From Hormiphora californensis (lineage: Eukaryota > Animalia > Ctenophora): a DNA stretch of 64,000 nt. The notes under the pieces were generated by a model. The model searched no databases and had not been told where the DNA came from. It was given only the letters and a program-made list of their open reading frames with translations. This document shows, in pieces, positions 9,001-31,400 of this stretch. Position 1 is the stretch's first letter. Each line of letters opens with the position of its first letter. The stretch lies in NCBI GenBank assembly GCA_020137815.1, contig CM035352.1, forward strand, positions 4,712,001 to 4,776,000. Direction: 5' to 3'. Position numbers and translations under genes: made by a program.

Positions 9001-10588
9001 AAAGGCTGGCAAGGGTGGACCGGCGGCAGCAGAACGGGAAATTGACTTATCTAGAGTTGATATTCGAGTGGGGAAGATCGTTGAAATTGGACCTGTAAGT
9101 TCATTCCCAATTTACTCCTGTTTAAAATTATTCCCCCTTTGATTCACAAAACATAATACCCTTGATCTACCGAACCCTTACAGAGCGCTCGTCATTTTAT
9201 AAAATAAAATGCAGTGTGAGCCACACAATAACATCCTGCTGGTGTGCGGACTCTAGTGCTACACTCTAAGTCTACAGTGGACTCTATATCTAAATTTAGA
9301 TTTAGATAAAGAGTCCAAATAAGTCTAAACTCTAGGAGGACTCTTTATCTAAAAAGTCTACACAGGGCGGACTCTTTATCTAAAAAGTCTAAACAAAGTG
9401 GACTCTATATCTACATAAATCTAAATTAGATATAGAGTCCGCCTTTCGCCGCGAACTCGAGATTTCGGCCGTTAGGCCGGAAACGAGAGTTTGCTCTACC
9501 CCTATACTAATTTAGAAGTGTTAGGGCCGTTATTTGGGTTCGAGGTTAGGGTTAGGGTTAGTGTTAGGGTTAGGTTTTGGGTTGGGTTAGGATTTTAGAC
9601 ATAGAGTCCGGGTTGGAGGATTTGGCGCCAAAATGTACTAGAGGACTCTATATCTAAAAATTCTACACAGGGCGGACTCTTTATCTAAAAAGTCTACACA
9701 GGGAGGACTCTTTATCTAAACTTTTTTCAAAATCTAACTGTAGATAAAGAGTCCGTTTTTAGATATAGAGTCCGCCTTGGATTTAGATAAAGAGTCCGTT
9801 AGCACTAGAGTCCGCCCACCCATCCTGCTACCCCGACCAGCACCCAGACGCGGACTCCCTCTACGTGGAGAAGATCGATGTTGGGGAGGAGTCACCCCGG
9901 ACGGTTATTAGTGGACTCCGTCACTTCGTTCCCGAGGATCAACTGCGGGATGCCCTTGTGGCTGTTGTGTGCAACCTCAAACCTGCCAACATGAGAGGGA
10001 TCAAGAGTCACGGTAAGAGAGTGGAATCAGGAACCGACCGAATCAGGAAATACTGGTCCCTGATTGGCTGATAACCAGTCACGTGACCTTAATAACGTGT
10101 TCTGATTGGTTGTTTACTTGTTTCTGTCGGTTCCTGAGTGGAACTATATCGATACTGTTTTAGGGCCCTGGAGTGCCACCGTTCAGTGTTCACCATAGCA
10201 AACTCTCTCTAGAAACTTCCTCAATATACGATACTGTCCTATTTGAACTTGCTGAGTCATCAAATTAGAGCAGGGGCCACCTTTGAACATCCAAACTAAC
10301 TTCTGTCCCTCTCTCCAAGGTATGCTGCTGTGTGCCTCGGATAAGGACCACAAAACTGTCGAAGTTCTGAGAGTTCCGGAGGGTTGCAAACCTGGTGAAA
10401 GGATTACAGGAGAATCCTTCTCAGAAGCCCCCGATGCCCAACTAAATCCAAAAAAGAAGATTTTTGAGAAAGTTCAGGTGGACCTAACGACTGATGACTC
10501 ATTACAAGTTACATATAAGGGAGAGCTCCTAATGACCTCGACGGGTCCAATCACTGCTCCCTCACTCAAGAGTGCCGTTATTCGGTGA
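1..10588 (+). CDS. YARS1: Cytosolic tyrosyl-tRNA synthetase with C-terminal EMAP II-like domain; 5' end outside the window. Exons approx. <1-46, 5263-5364, 5538-5741, 5974-6147, 6245-6386, 6524-6660, 8788-8863, 9000-9094, 9841-10012, 10320-10588
   Basis: Spliced translation [15 protein letters not shown]|[29 protein letters not shown]...LYPGLQ|ALDEEY...FGGVDQRK...KMSSS...DIRVGKI...[16 protein letters not shown]...[21 protein letters not shown] is collinear with human YARS1; GT-AG sites with consistent phases. Confidence 0.96.
373..1665 (+). CDS. LINE ORF1, gag-like nucleic-acid-binding protein with three CCHC-type zinc knuckles
   Basis: 430 aa; CFHCQEFGH...[18 protein letters not shown]...H...CP. 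Confidence 0.9.
   Translation: MNSMTMRIDDVEITSKDEFDRALKALTYNRCSGEHVLDRLRVGGDAPLFNKDNAWELLCAAYSLIPDNPRVRFDSGVSSVLDTSLGASVADVLKESFESLKMELLAVVEQKVEDKVSELHGRKEVVVEDEGPVAPVRRYVDIRLDSSDAEGTTPVCPKTQWAEVVKPQVEKALKGVPVLNAVVNKGSVRLSFQNEDQLKEANNVLPPALGQEVQMVTETKSLLDPRISIGDLAQDLLDKETLILELTSGKNEEIKKLVDQGGKVKVVHMNPTGRFAVLQVTPEIRNVIAQKGDKVFLKLRQYWIRDRYHVVQCFHCQEFGHVAGSIRCTKKDGDAVCAFCAGDHETRSCGHKKRNDTGKLNCVNCQKSNSREDRRHSRSHLASSTLCPFYINERTKLMEKTSGVKKEAKNGYRTRAMEELKRRRLGGLGH
1680..4823 (+). CDS. LINE ORF2, apurinic-type endonuclease + reverse transcriptase (frame open from 1560, overlapping ORF1)
   Basis: APE motifs QET, YRPP, GDFN, SDH; RT motifs [27 protein letters not shown]; L2/CR1-type C-terminus IDYCN...GLP. 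Confidence 0.95.
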   Translation: MNKTAGVLTHLEDKACDVCLVQETYLKLTDTAKLQEIKENGWNIYSSPRNERSGGGIGVLYRDGVVVKLAPVKYKFKTFQVQEVLVGGEDDLVRLCNIYRPPYTGKARFTEANFLDEFNDYLSDLLMKTGSPLIMGDFNFQVQDSSNFYAKKLLDLLDSFDFVQNVPLKPTHVRGGTLDLIICQRGMSSKLGNLKIFPDGTMSDHYLVMMEVKLASEGRYVSRERMSVYHDFKAVDVEVFRNGLRDMCLEIPDDVTPEQALYLYDRALKEAVDRFVPTKRRKSVKNFRPWRERQDVRDTLRERRKAERAWEKNKTGLTKARYRELQRQFERIDKEARMEYVKKKLEDVKDDPAGLQKMLARLLGKKETLLPGGLSDKKLADNFAQFFSGKIDKIRSTVLEEQEAGAGCKGNGEGRGCEDVSGTGGVSGGDVSGTGSGGVRDEDVSGTGRGGASSEDVSGGVSDEDVSGTGRGGVSGEDVRGTGSGGASRPDCELTQFEEISQKDLVRIVKQMSSKSCELDPVPTWLVKDCLEELAPALTTIINKSLCRASVPEPLQKAVVMPTIKDPNGDRDLLANYRPVSNIAFVSKVLEKVVLCQMNDYLLKNDLLNANQSGYRTGHSCETLLAGMFDDLLKELDSGKVAALMLLDMSAAFDTVDHEKLMEVLEVRFGVKGSALGWFKSYLSSRSYRVSVHGELSEVIALICGVPQGSLLGPVLFLLYIEELQDIARPYGLMIKLYADDSQLYVGLVPTDSEGWTATKTSIEECLASIKNWMVQHWFKCNESKTEFVLLGKSSSLEKLVFDPEIRFGDAVLQPMECRGRTGKTLGILLDEHLTLERQVNNVKKQCGLQLKNLWQLNKCLDNSTRILLVKQLVISKIDYCNILYCGLPKRILNNLQKVLNSCVRFIYNLRGHQDSYDEYFKEAHILPIQQRLTFKACLLAYKIVRGTAPEYLLELVPRDDDILGMRPTRANSVIDFYKLKYPKLSSVNANSKLRRRRISVFLPTVWNSLPLDLRSVHPIELFKSRLKTRLFLEAFPSTPEDSRCGV
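6836..8494 (+). CDS. TUT1: Terminal uridylyltransferase 1 / Star-PAP-like; intronless, nested in TyrRS intron 6661-8787
   Basis: 552 aa; U1/matrin-type zinc finger (CTSCNVYC...H...KKH), RRM (VFVGNLP), nucleotidyltransferase motif FGS...DSDMD, PAP-associated VQDP...HNL. Confidence 0.85.
   Translation: MVEMEVDSPNTTTTSPNSDAKKRKSGKQPAGGKPGGKFYCTSCNVYCPNEATLEQHNQGKKHQMTVTSRHKRDKHTEASVFVGNLPKLNKITAVISEPGGENEKLKCDLITLFSEFGDVQKVIIDKVHGSYCILEFKSPTSAQKAIMAQQQGRLPPFYGKKLQVKSRNANTKKAPLRAPCSELAVGNVIELLREEREEPVTALNMLDAAIKLPDNTARVQKEALLALQGHINKAFPFHAVSMELFGSTVTGLALKDSDMDITLSARTRLERDDLVKVLKERCPGVSHVHLVPAPGQSTILRFKLDTYSCDLVFANKLGIRNSALISTITKWDLKLARLLRLITFWNKTVLGKRFARRPSSYAVTVMTLAYLRSCSHIPDFFNPAHFTEETRIYDLDCSFVTEPPLNVFLPTKVSVPELLAGFWRYYGHDFNRDDCVVSMKGQLKKSDLVEGEERSDCSYVTVFRRSPLEVQDPLVPTHNLTHNVPLECAVMFGDYCREAWDNWGKKRPLYLWMFGRQKKEEVEEVEEEEEGSKTPEYTESGKRKRSLEAMEH
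9241..9820. mobile_element. MITE with 9-bp TSD (Mutator-like)
   Basis: TIRs GGTGTGCGGACTCTAGTGCT / AGCACTAGAGTCCGCCCACC; CATCCTGCT duplicated at 9232-9240 and 9821-9829; internal GGACTCTTTATCTAAA subrepeats in both orientations; TTAGGG-like tract at ~9544-9590. Confidence 0.85.
10028..10136 (-). mobile_element. ~110-bp MITE (CAGGAACCGAC termini) with 8-bp TSD, hAT-like
   Basis: TIRs CAGGAACCGAC / GTCGGTTCCTG; flanks AGTGGAAT / AGTGGAAC; second copy in opposite orientation at 31617-31725. Confidence 0.85.
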
Positions 10589-11026
10589 ATTGTTTTCATT
10601 TAGGGTTATTTATTTTCTTGCTGCCCCAAAATTAACGACCCTTTTACTGTAATCAGAGGGACGAGGTGTTGTAGGTACAAATCTTGCGTTCGTAACATTT
10701 ATTTACGTTGTAACGTAGTGTCACAAACAAATGGGACATGACAACACCTCGCCCCTCTTGAATTGATGGCAGACATGGTTCGGGAGATGGAAAATCAAAC
10801 GGAATTAAATACTAAATCTACAATCTACACACATTGCTAAAAGACATGGCACATTTGATACATGTGTTGTTATAAAATATACAGTTCTTCGCCTAACAAA
10901 AACAACGCTAAACCACCATTTAATGTCCTGAGACCCGAATACACATAAAATGTCCTGAGACTATTGATCTTATACTGAGCTCTCTCTTGCCAGATAAAAG
11001 TGTCTACAGAGTCTGAGGAATGCTGT

Positions 11027-22156
<11,130 letters not shown>

Positions 22157-22372
22157 TGTCACATCGCATTCAAATAAACAAGGGCCACTCTATCTCCGGC
22201 CTCTTCCTAAAGCTATAAAAATCGGTAGTTTAATTATTTCTTCAGTTATCTAAATCAAACTAAACAAGTTTCATTAAAAAGAAAACGGTTTTATCAGTTA
22301 ACACATATTCACAAATAATACTTGTCAGTTATAAACACACATACAAAACAATTAAACGATAATATATCTGGC

Positions 22373-23615
<1,243 letters not shown>

Positions 23616-25693
23616 CTATGGGAAAAGAAATAAGGAAAACTGAACATAATTTTGCTGACCTACTTTAGTACTTTATCAATTAACAATTCCAAAGTCACAT
23701 GCCGCATGAGGGGACTGCTGCAGCACATACGTCATGCCAAGACACCGGGGTCTCAGACTCTCAAGTCTAGTCAGATATCAAAAAGCACATCCACGATTGG
23801 CCACAGAGTGAACCTTCAAAATGATACAACACGAGAGAGTACCCTTGTATCCAACATGAGGCTCAGTTATCGTCGGTTTACTATTCATGCTAACTCCGGT
23901 CTCCGAGCAGGGGCGGTGCGGCGTAGTTCGTACGCAGCTTTTAGTCGCGGTCACTCCTCTACAGTCCAAGCCCCGGTTAGGGAGAGTGAAACCCCCGTTA
24001 AACCCACTACAAGGAGCCTCAGGGCAACTAGTAAAGCCCCGCAAGCAGGGTGTAAAGGACATTTGATAAAAAAGGTTCAAAAAGTTTCAAAATAAAAAGT
24101 CGGCTGAAATTTTCTTCATGCTAAAAAAATTATGCGCGCGCATGCGCGGTGTAAATACTGGATTTGCGCGTGACGATTTTAGTCGCGCGCGGTGTAAATT
24201 TTACCATGATCCACAACAAATTTATGACCACAAACTCTGAAAACGAGCCCTTCTCATTTTCGATCACAAAATACAAATCTCTCTCCAAAGCGCTATCGCG
24301 GATCGCCTGTCTTATACCGCACAGCGCATTGTAGCATATGCCAACCCTTAGAAATTCTTCTTCTGGACCTCTCTATCTAACAGTTAATTAATTTAGTTTT
24401 TATCTCTCAATCCAACTGGCAATCGAACCGCTTTTGAAAGCCGTTAGTTTAGTCTGTGTGTTTTCTAGCATATGTAAGAACTTTTCTGACAAGTAAAAGC
24501 TATAAAGCGGAATATTAAGTATTTTGTGATGATGATGAATATCGATCATTGTTTCTGTGCCTACTGTCCATCTTAGTCGAAAGCCCGCTTTAGGTAACTG
24601 CTGAAGCTCTCAGCCTTGTAGGATATATATATGACTTATTTGTATATGTCTATCAACTCTCTATTCACAGGATATCACATCACAATGTTGCCAAAAGGGA
24701 TTTGTAGTCTTATCGTTCACTATCATAATCTGCAAGACACGAGTAAACCATTTTTCAAGACCAAGCTCAACATTACCTGATTAAGACCTCATCTTTTCCA
24801 TGACGTGCACACCTTATTGAGACTGGTGTAGTAATTTTTTACATTGAGATCTATGGCCTCTGTTGCGCTATATTTTTCTAGACTTTTGTATGATTCTATC
24901 TTGTGGATATTCAGTGTTCAGTTTATGCTGTTTTGATTAACTTATTAACTATTTATTAATTATATGTGACAGTTTATGCTGTTTTTTAATTAACTTATTA
25001 ACTATGTATTTAATTATATGACAACGAGGACTTTCGGAAGGACATTGATACGAAGATGCGCTTTAGAAAGCGAGTTTTGATCGAAAGGACGCTTTAGTAT
25101 AAGTCGATCGAGATAAACACTTTTCGCTCAAAAGCGATTTATAAATGTTAAATGTTATTGTTATTGTTAGTGTGAGAGCGGGAAGAGTCACTTATATGAC
25201 TCTAATATAAATGTTGAAGGTCATTTTCATTTTCTTTATTATTCATACTGAGGTGCATGGCCGACTCTGCCTTCATAGTTCATACCAGTGTTGGGCGATC
25301 TCAGCTATGCAGTGAAGCACCAAGAGGCAAACTCAGTTGGCTTTGGTTTGGGTTGCTCATCTGGGACTTTAATCAGTCACACAGCCAAGTCTTGTCGACC
25401 GGGCGAGACAGCATAGTGATAATAGGTCACTAGTCAACTCAGTGCATGGTCAGTAGAGTGAACTTAGAAGAAAGACCTACTGTCGTTTAAGGTACTTCTG
25501 GGGGAATGGATGCAGAGATTTTCGGATCGCCCACCGGTAATAGGATACCCAAATTTTGGGTCCCAAAATAAGATTAGTCATACGGTAATACTGAAATGTT
25601 AACCTAACAAAACCAACACCCCTCCACAACCCACTCCGCTTCATTCACAAGGTTTCACCACGTGACACTCACACAGTCGAATGTTATAGCAAT

Positions 25694-28292
25694 ATGCCCG
25701 ATAATGTGAATGAGATGAAGAATACCTCCCTAGCGGAGCAGACCCGGCTTCACTGTACATTCCAAACAGTCAACATAGTACTTGTTCTTATCCACCAAAA
25801 AGATGAGACTTTCCTGCTGGTGCAGAGGTCTGACGCACACGGCTGGTGGCTTCCAGCTGGTCGAGTCCATGAGGGAGAAACACTGCAGGACGCTGCCATC
25901 AGGAAATGTCGCGAGGTAAGTGATATATATGCTTCATGTCTCTTGCAGATTTTAATAGTTTATATCTCTCGCAGGATGCTGGAATTAACGTCAACTTGAA
26001 GGGTATTCTGCGGCTTGAACACACTCTGGTTGCTAATGACCAGGCCCGGTTTAGAGTCATATTCTATGCGGTAAGATGCAGGGTAAAACAAACATGCACA
26101 CTTTGGAAATTCCAGACATCACGTCATAATTCTCACACTTTTTGTGGGTTATAACGAAGAAACGGTACCAGTGTTTCCCAAGTGCACGGTGTTCTTGGGA
26201 ATAAATGGTACTGTAGTTCACATCCCGGGGCGAGCAGAGAGACTATGGTCGAGCAAGGCAACACCTCACTATCATTCTTCATTCAAAATAGATTTTATAG
26301 AACTTATCAATTTATTTTTTGCGTTCACAATAATATTATTCTTCTAGCATAAAATAAGGCCAGAAGGGTCATGTTTCTACTTTCTAGAATGTTTCTACTT
26401 TCTAGAATATTTAGAACTAGTTTCCTTCATGATTTGTTGAGAGAACTTTGAATTCAAAGCCTTTCGATACCCTTATTTCAAAGTTAATTTTTCACCCACT
26501 GACCCACGCGTTGTTATCTCTCTTCCTGTTCTTATCACCCCCAACCCGCCCTCAGCAACCGGCCGATTCGACCGAGTTCCCAGTATCAGATGTGGTTGTT
26601 AAAAAGAAATGGATGAAGTTGTCAGAGATAAAACTCGCGACCCTTCGTAAACCTGAGCCCCTGCAATTCGCCGAGTACATCACTCAGGGTATTATATGGG
26701 GAGAGATGGACAGAAAGGATTTTATTTTTAGCCCCAAACTAATTTGCCACAATTTAGAACATACCTTTAATTTAATCGTGCCTCTTCAGTCTTCCCACTG
26801 TCCTCCCTCAATCTTATTCCTTCTCTTGCGTTATCATTAACTCCCATCACTCTTTCTCAGATGGTCAAATCTACCCGCTATCCATTCTGGCAGTTGAGGG
26901 TACTCCACCACCCCCACAGTGCCGATCCCATATGAGTCGGTCGTGTGGGTGCCACTCCAAGTTGGTATACTCATCCATCCAGATGAAGATGCACAAGTAC
27001 CTCCTTGATGCCGCACACTTTGGACCACGAGGTTGGTAAACGGATTGAAACAAGATTGATATTTCTCTCTCCCTCTGATCTCACTCTGTTGTTGTATTGT
27101 TGTTGGTAAACGAACAAAATTAAAATTTATAGCGATTGGTACGGGGATACTTAATTAAAATGATGAAAGGTGAACGCTTTATCACGCGAGTGCCACAAAA
27201 GGTTTTATTATTATCCAGGTCCGAGCCCAATTATTCCAAATGTCAAAGTCAGTATTTGGAGCCAAGTAGGAAAAGGGTAACCACTCATTTATAATATTTT
27301 ATAATATTTTATAATAAATTGTGATAACTTATGAAAATTGACATTTAATGTCCCTCCCCCTCCCTTTAACTTTCTTTTACTATCACTCTAACCATCTGCC
27401 CCTCAAATATGTTTAGGAAACATTGTTACATAATGAAAGACACTCAGCTGCACTGAGTGCTCAGCAAAACTTGTAAATTGTCGAAATACAGCTGTATGTG
27501 CACGCTAACAATACAACAAATCTCTCTCCCTCTTTTCCTCAATTCTATATATTTTTCAATCCGCCTGCTTCTTATTATATTTATCTCACTCTGTCTTTTC
27601 CTCCCCTCTCACTCTGTCTTTCCCTCTTCCTCCCCCTCTATCTTTCCCCTCTATATTTCTATATATAGAAACATATATGTTTTCAGAACAGTCGATTATT
27701 ATGGAGTACTTTGATCGAGTGTGTGGAGCCCAAAATACAGCCCCAATTGAGACGTTTATACAGCTTGTTAGTGCATTTGGAATCACTTCTGACCAAGCGC
27801 CGGACTTTTTCAGGTATTATATAGATAATAGAGATACCTTATTTGGATGCGAAAAGAATATGAGGGACCCTTCTATTCTTTTTGGAATCAATTGTGGGAG
27901 AAAACAGTGCTGAATAGACAGCTCAAGTAAGGGGCAGTGGGGACAGTTTCTAGAACGCTCTGTGATTTTATGAAATAAAATGCAGTGTGAGCTACACAAG
28001 TTTTTCCGGTAAAGTCTTGTTCCCTTTCCATTCTCTCGCTCTGTCCCTTGCTCTCTCGTTCTTCCCACCTTATTCCTTCATCTGTCTTTCGTATCTCTGT
28101 TGATGTCTGTATCTACTCTGTTCTTATAGTTTCCCAGCTTTCTGAGAGCAGACGCCCGGGGATGGACGAGAGGAGATACTTGCGAGAGCGAGTGACTATG
28201 GGAGTAGCTGTAGCGTGAAGAGCGAGCTGCGATCTCGTAGAAGCGAGGAGGAGAATTGCTGGTTCGTTCTATAGCTCATGAGCTCCTATTCG

Positions 28293-28362
<70 letters not shown>

Positions 28363-28382
28363 CGTCTGTCTCTCTCTCACTC

Positions 28383-28440
<58 letters not shown>

Positions 28441-31400
28441 AGAAGTATTATGTAAACCCTCCGCTAATTTCATCTCATATCACACACATTCTGCATTTTC
28501 AGCCCACCACACCATGACAAATTACTGTTACTTGTTTCTACCACTTTCTAGGTAGCAATAGAAAATTTGAGATGGAGAAAGAGAGGGGAGAAAGGGTGAG
28601 ATAGAGCGAGAAAATTTAGGAAAAGTGACCTAATTAAATGCTTTCTCTCGACAGCAGACACAGGCACTAGGCAGCAGACATTGCACATCCTCCCCTCCCA
28701 TTTTATAATCATTATCATTTGACTAGAGCGTTCGATCTACGAAAGGAGGGTGAAATAACAAGTCAAGAGTTTGTTCTCGGACTTGCTGCTATGGATCCGA
28801 ACACGCCACACGGAAACTTCTCAGCCGAAATGAGGTACACATGGATTAATGATAATAATATATCTTATTAATTAATTATTTGAAATTTAGCAAGAACTAA
28901 ATTCTCTCAATTCCCTCTTATTTTAGCGTATCTGATTCCTCATTCCCCCAACCCCTTCCTACCCAATAATAATCACAACCAGGGGAGCTGTTGATCTTCC
29001 CAACCCACACTGCTCACAGTGTGAGCTACACAATTTACTTCTTGTAACTTCTTGAAACATTTTCTTCCTCCTGCAGGTGTCGATACATATTCCGTTATTA
29101 CGACAAAAACGTGGACGGCAAACTCGATTTTACCGAATTTTGGTAGGTCAAATTTTCCCTTGTTATTTGTTCAGGAGATAAGAGAGGGTTGATCAAGGGA
29201 AATTCTCGCTATGTCGCTTTCGCTTGCCTTGTTCGACCTTGTTATCAGCGGGACGCGGAGAGAGAGGGTCGAAACTCGAACAAGACAAGTTCGACCTCCT
29301 ATCTTCGCTCCCCGGGAGGTTCGAACATTACAAGCGTCCGCTGACTTTACTGATATTCCAATGGCTAACATTTTATCTTTATTTCCTCCCCTCAGTCATA
29401 TGGTGGGCGATATCCATCGAGCCAAGAACCCGAACATCTCCCTGGATGAAATTCACGAGGAGGCAGTCCTTCTGGCGAAGTAAGGGTTGCAGGAACGCGC
29501 GCTCATGTCACTGCTATGAAGGGGGCGCAGAACGCGCGCCACAAGTGTATTTTTCAACAACCTGACCCGGGTTATATTTGTCAAATTCTGGCGAGGGCGA
29601 TCCCAATTCCCAATCCATTTGGTAAAAGTTATCTCACTTTCAGGGTTTTTTCATCCGAGGACAAGTCATCTCTTTATCTTAACGAGTTCCTTACAGCTGT
29701 TGGGATGCTTAAATTTAGGGGCACCTCAGCTTTATTCCGACTCCAGAAATCTGCTGTTAAATACGATGCAGTTCGAACACCACCGACACCGGTAATTTTG
29801 TAGTTATCATAAATCATCTATGGAATAATCTCAAAAGATCACGATGTTAGATGTACACGTTTTTCTGATAATAATCTTCAACACTGGGGCTGGGAAAATA
29901 TTAGTTCATGTTGATCTTTCTGGGTTACTGCAGATTACTAATTATTGTTGCTAATGTAGGTATGCCGAGAGGAGGAACAAGATCTAAACACGGAGGCCAT
30001 GACGTTCTCAGCAAATGATGTCAGTAAGGAGAATAATCAGCAGGATATCCAGTACGAGCTGGCGATGCACACCGTTAAAGTCAGGAGAAGTGGGGCCATC
30101 AGCGATGTAGCTGTATTATGGGAAAGGTATAATTGAGGTTTGAGGTTACTCTGGGTATGAGGTGTTATCTGTGATTGTAGCTCTAATATTATCTCACCCA
30201 CACCCCTGTTAACGTGTGATACCCTTCGCAGCGATCAGATGAAAACACTAGCTATCACGCTGAGCAGCGCCCAGATCTGCAAACAAAACGAGGAAGAGAG
30301 GGAGGGACAGCATAGCGGCACTTTGATTATTGACCGCAGCCATTCTGTAGATACTTTTAACGAGGTAATAAGATGCTCAGCCAGATAGGAGACACATCTT
30401 TTTGACCAGAGATGAGTATGGCGAATCAAATGAAATTGATGCTGATAACTATGTCCTGAGTTCTCATTCGAATAAATAACCAAACTACCTACCTTTCAGC
30501 ACTCTAATCCTAACGAAATGTTGTCGGGATTGCGGTACTTTGAGCGGCATATAAAGAATGATCCGAACAATCAGGGAGTACCCAAAGCTGCCTTCAGCTG
30601 GGGTTGTGTTGACCCCACTCTACTGGGGACGTGTATGCTCAGCATCACTGAACAGGTTAGAGTCTAGAGAGAAATAGGAGGGAGCTGAGTATTGTTCTGT
30701 ACGTGGGGCGTGCATGGTCAGAGCATATTTGCCCATTCTGGCACTCTAAAGAGATGGGGAGAGGGAGGAGAGCTGAGATTGTGAAGTTATAAATATCAGC
30801 GGGTGACATGTGACGGGTGACATGTGACGAGTATCGAAACACTGAGTTGAAGACAAATTGTAGCTTCATTTGACAATTTTCAGGTGCAAAAGATATTTGT
30901 TAGGGAGCCAAGGCTGCTGAAACTCACCAGCCCTACGTATATACTGGGCGATGTTCATGGGAACTTTCATGATCTTGTAGCATTCGAAAAGGTAAACACC
31001 TCATCCCATCAACCCTGGCCCTTATTAGTGTTACAGTATTGTGTTACAGTATTTGCTGTCTTGTTCCGCAAGACAGAAAATACTGTAATTTCGGGTAAAA
31101 TATAAACTGTATTGTATCCCATTACATTCCCCAGTGAACTTGCTGCTTGACACCCTACTAAGATCTGATTATCACCCCTCTCAGGTGTTATGGAGAATGA
31201 CACCCGTGCTGACACCCAGTAACTTCCTGTTCCTTGGTGATTATGTTGACAGGGGAGAGTACGGGTTGGAGGTGGTGGCTTATCTCTTTGCACACAAAAT
31301 AATCGCACCGGATAAGTTCTTTCTTATAAGAGGTTAGCGATAATAGTTTTTTGGCAATCAATCAATTATTTCGATTTTCCTGATTCTAATCTCAACCTTT

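Noticed and set aside
9544-9590. Telomere or chromosome-fusion relic
   Set aside because: Short degenerate tract inside a MITE with TIRs and TSD.
23652-24095. 147-aa ORF upstream of TTLL1
   Set aside because: Non-ATG start and no recognisable domain; probably promoter or outron sequence.
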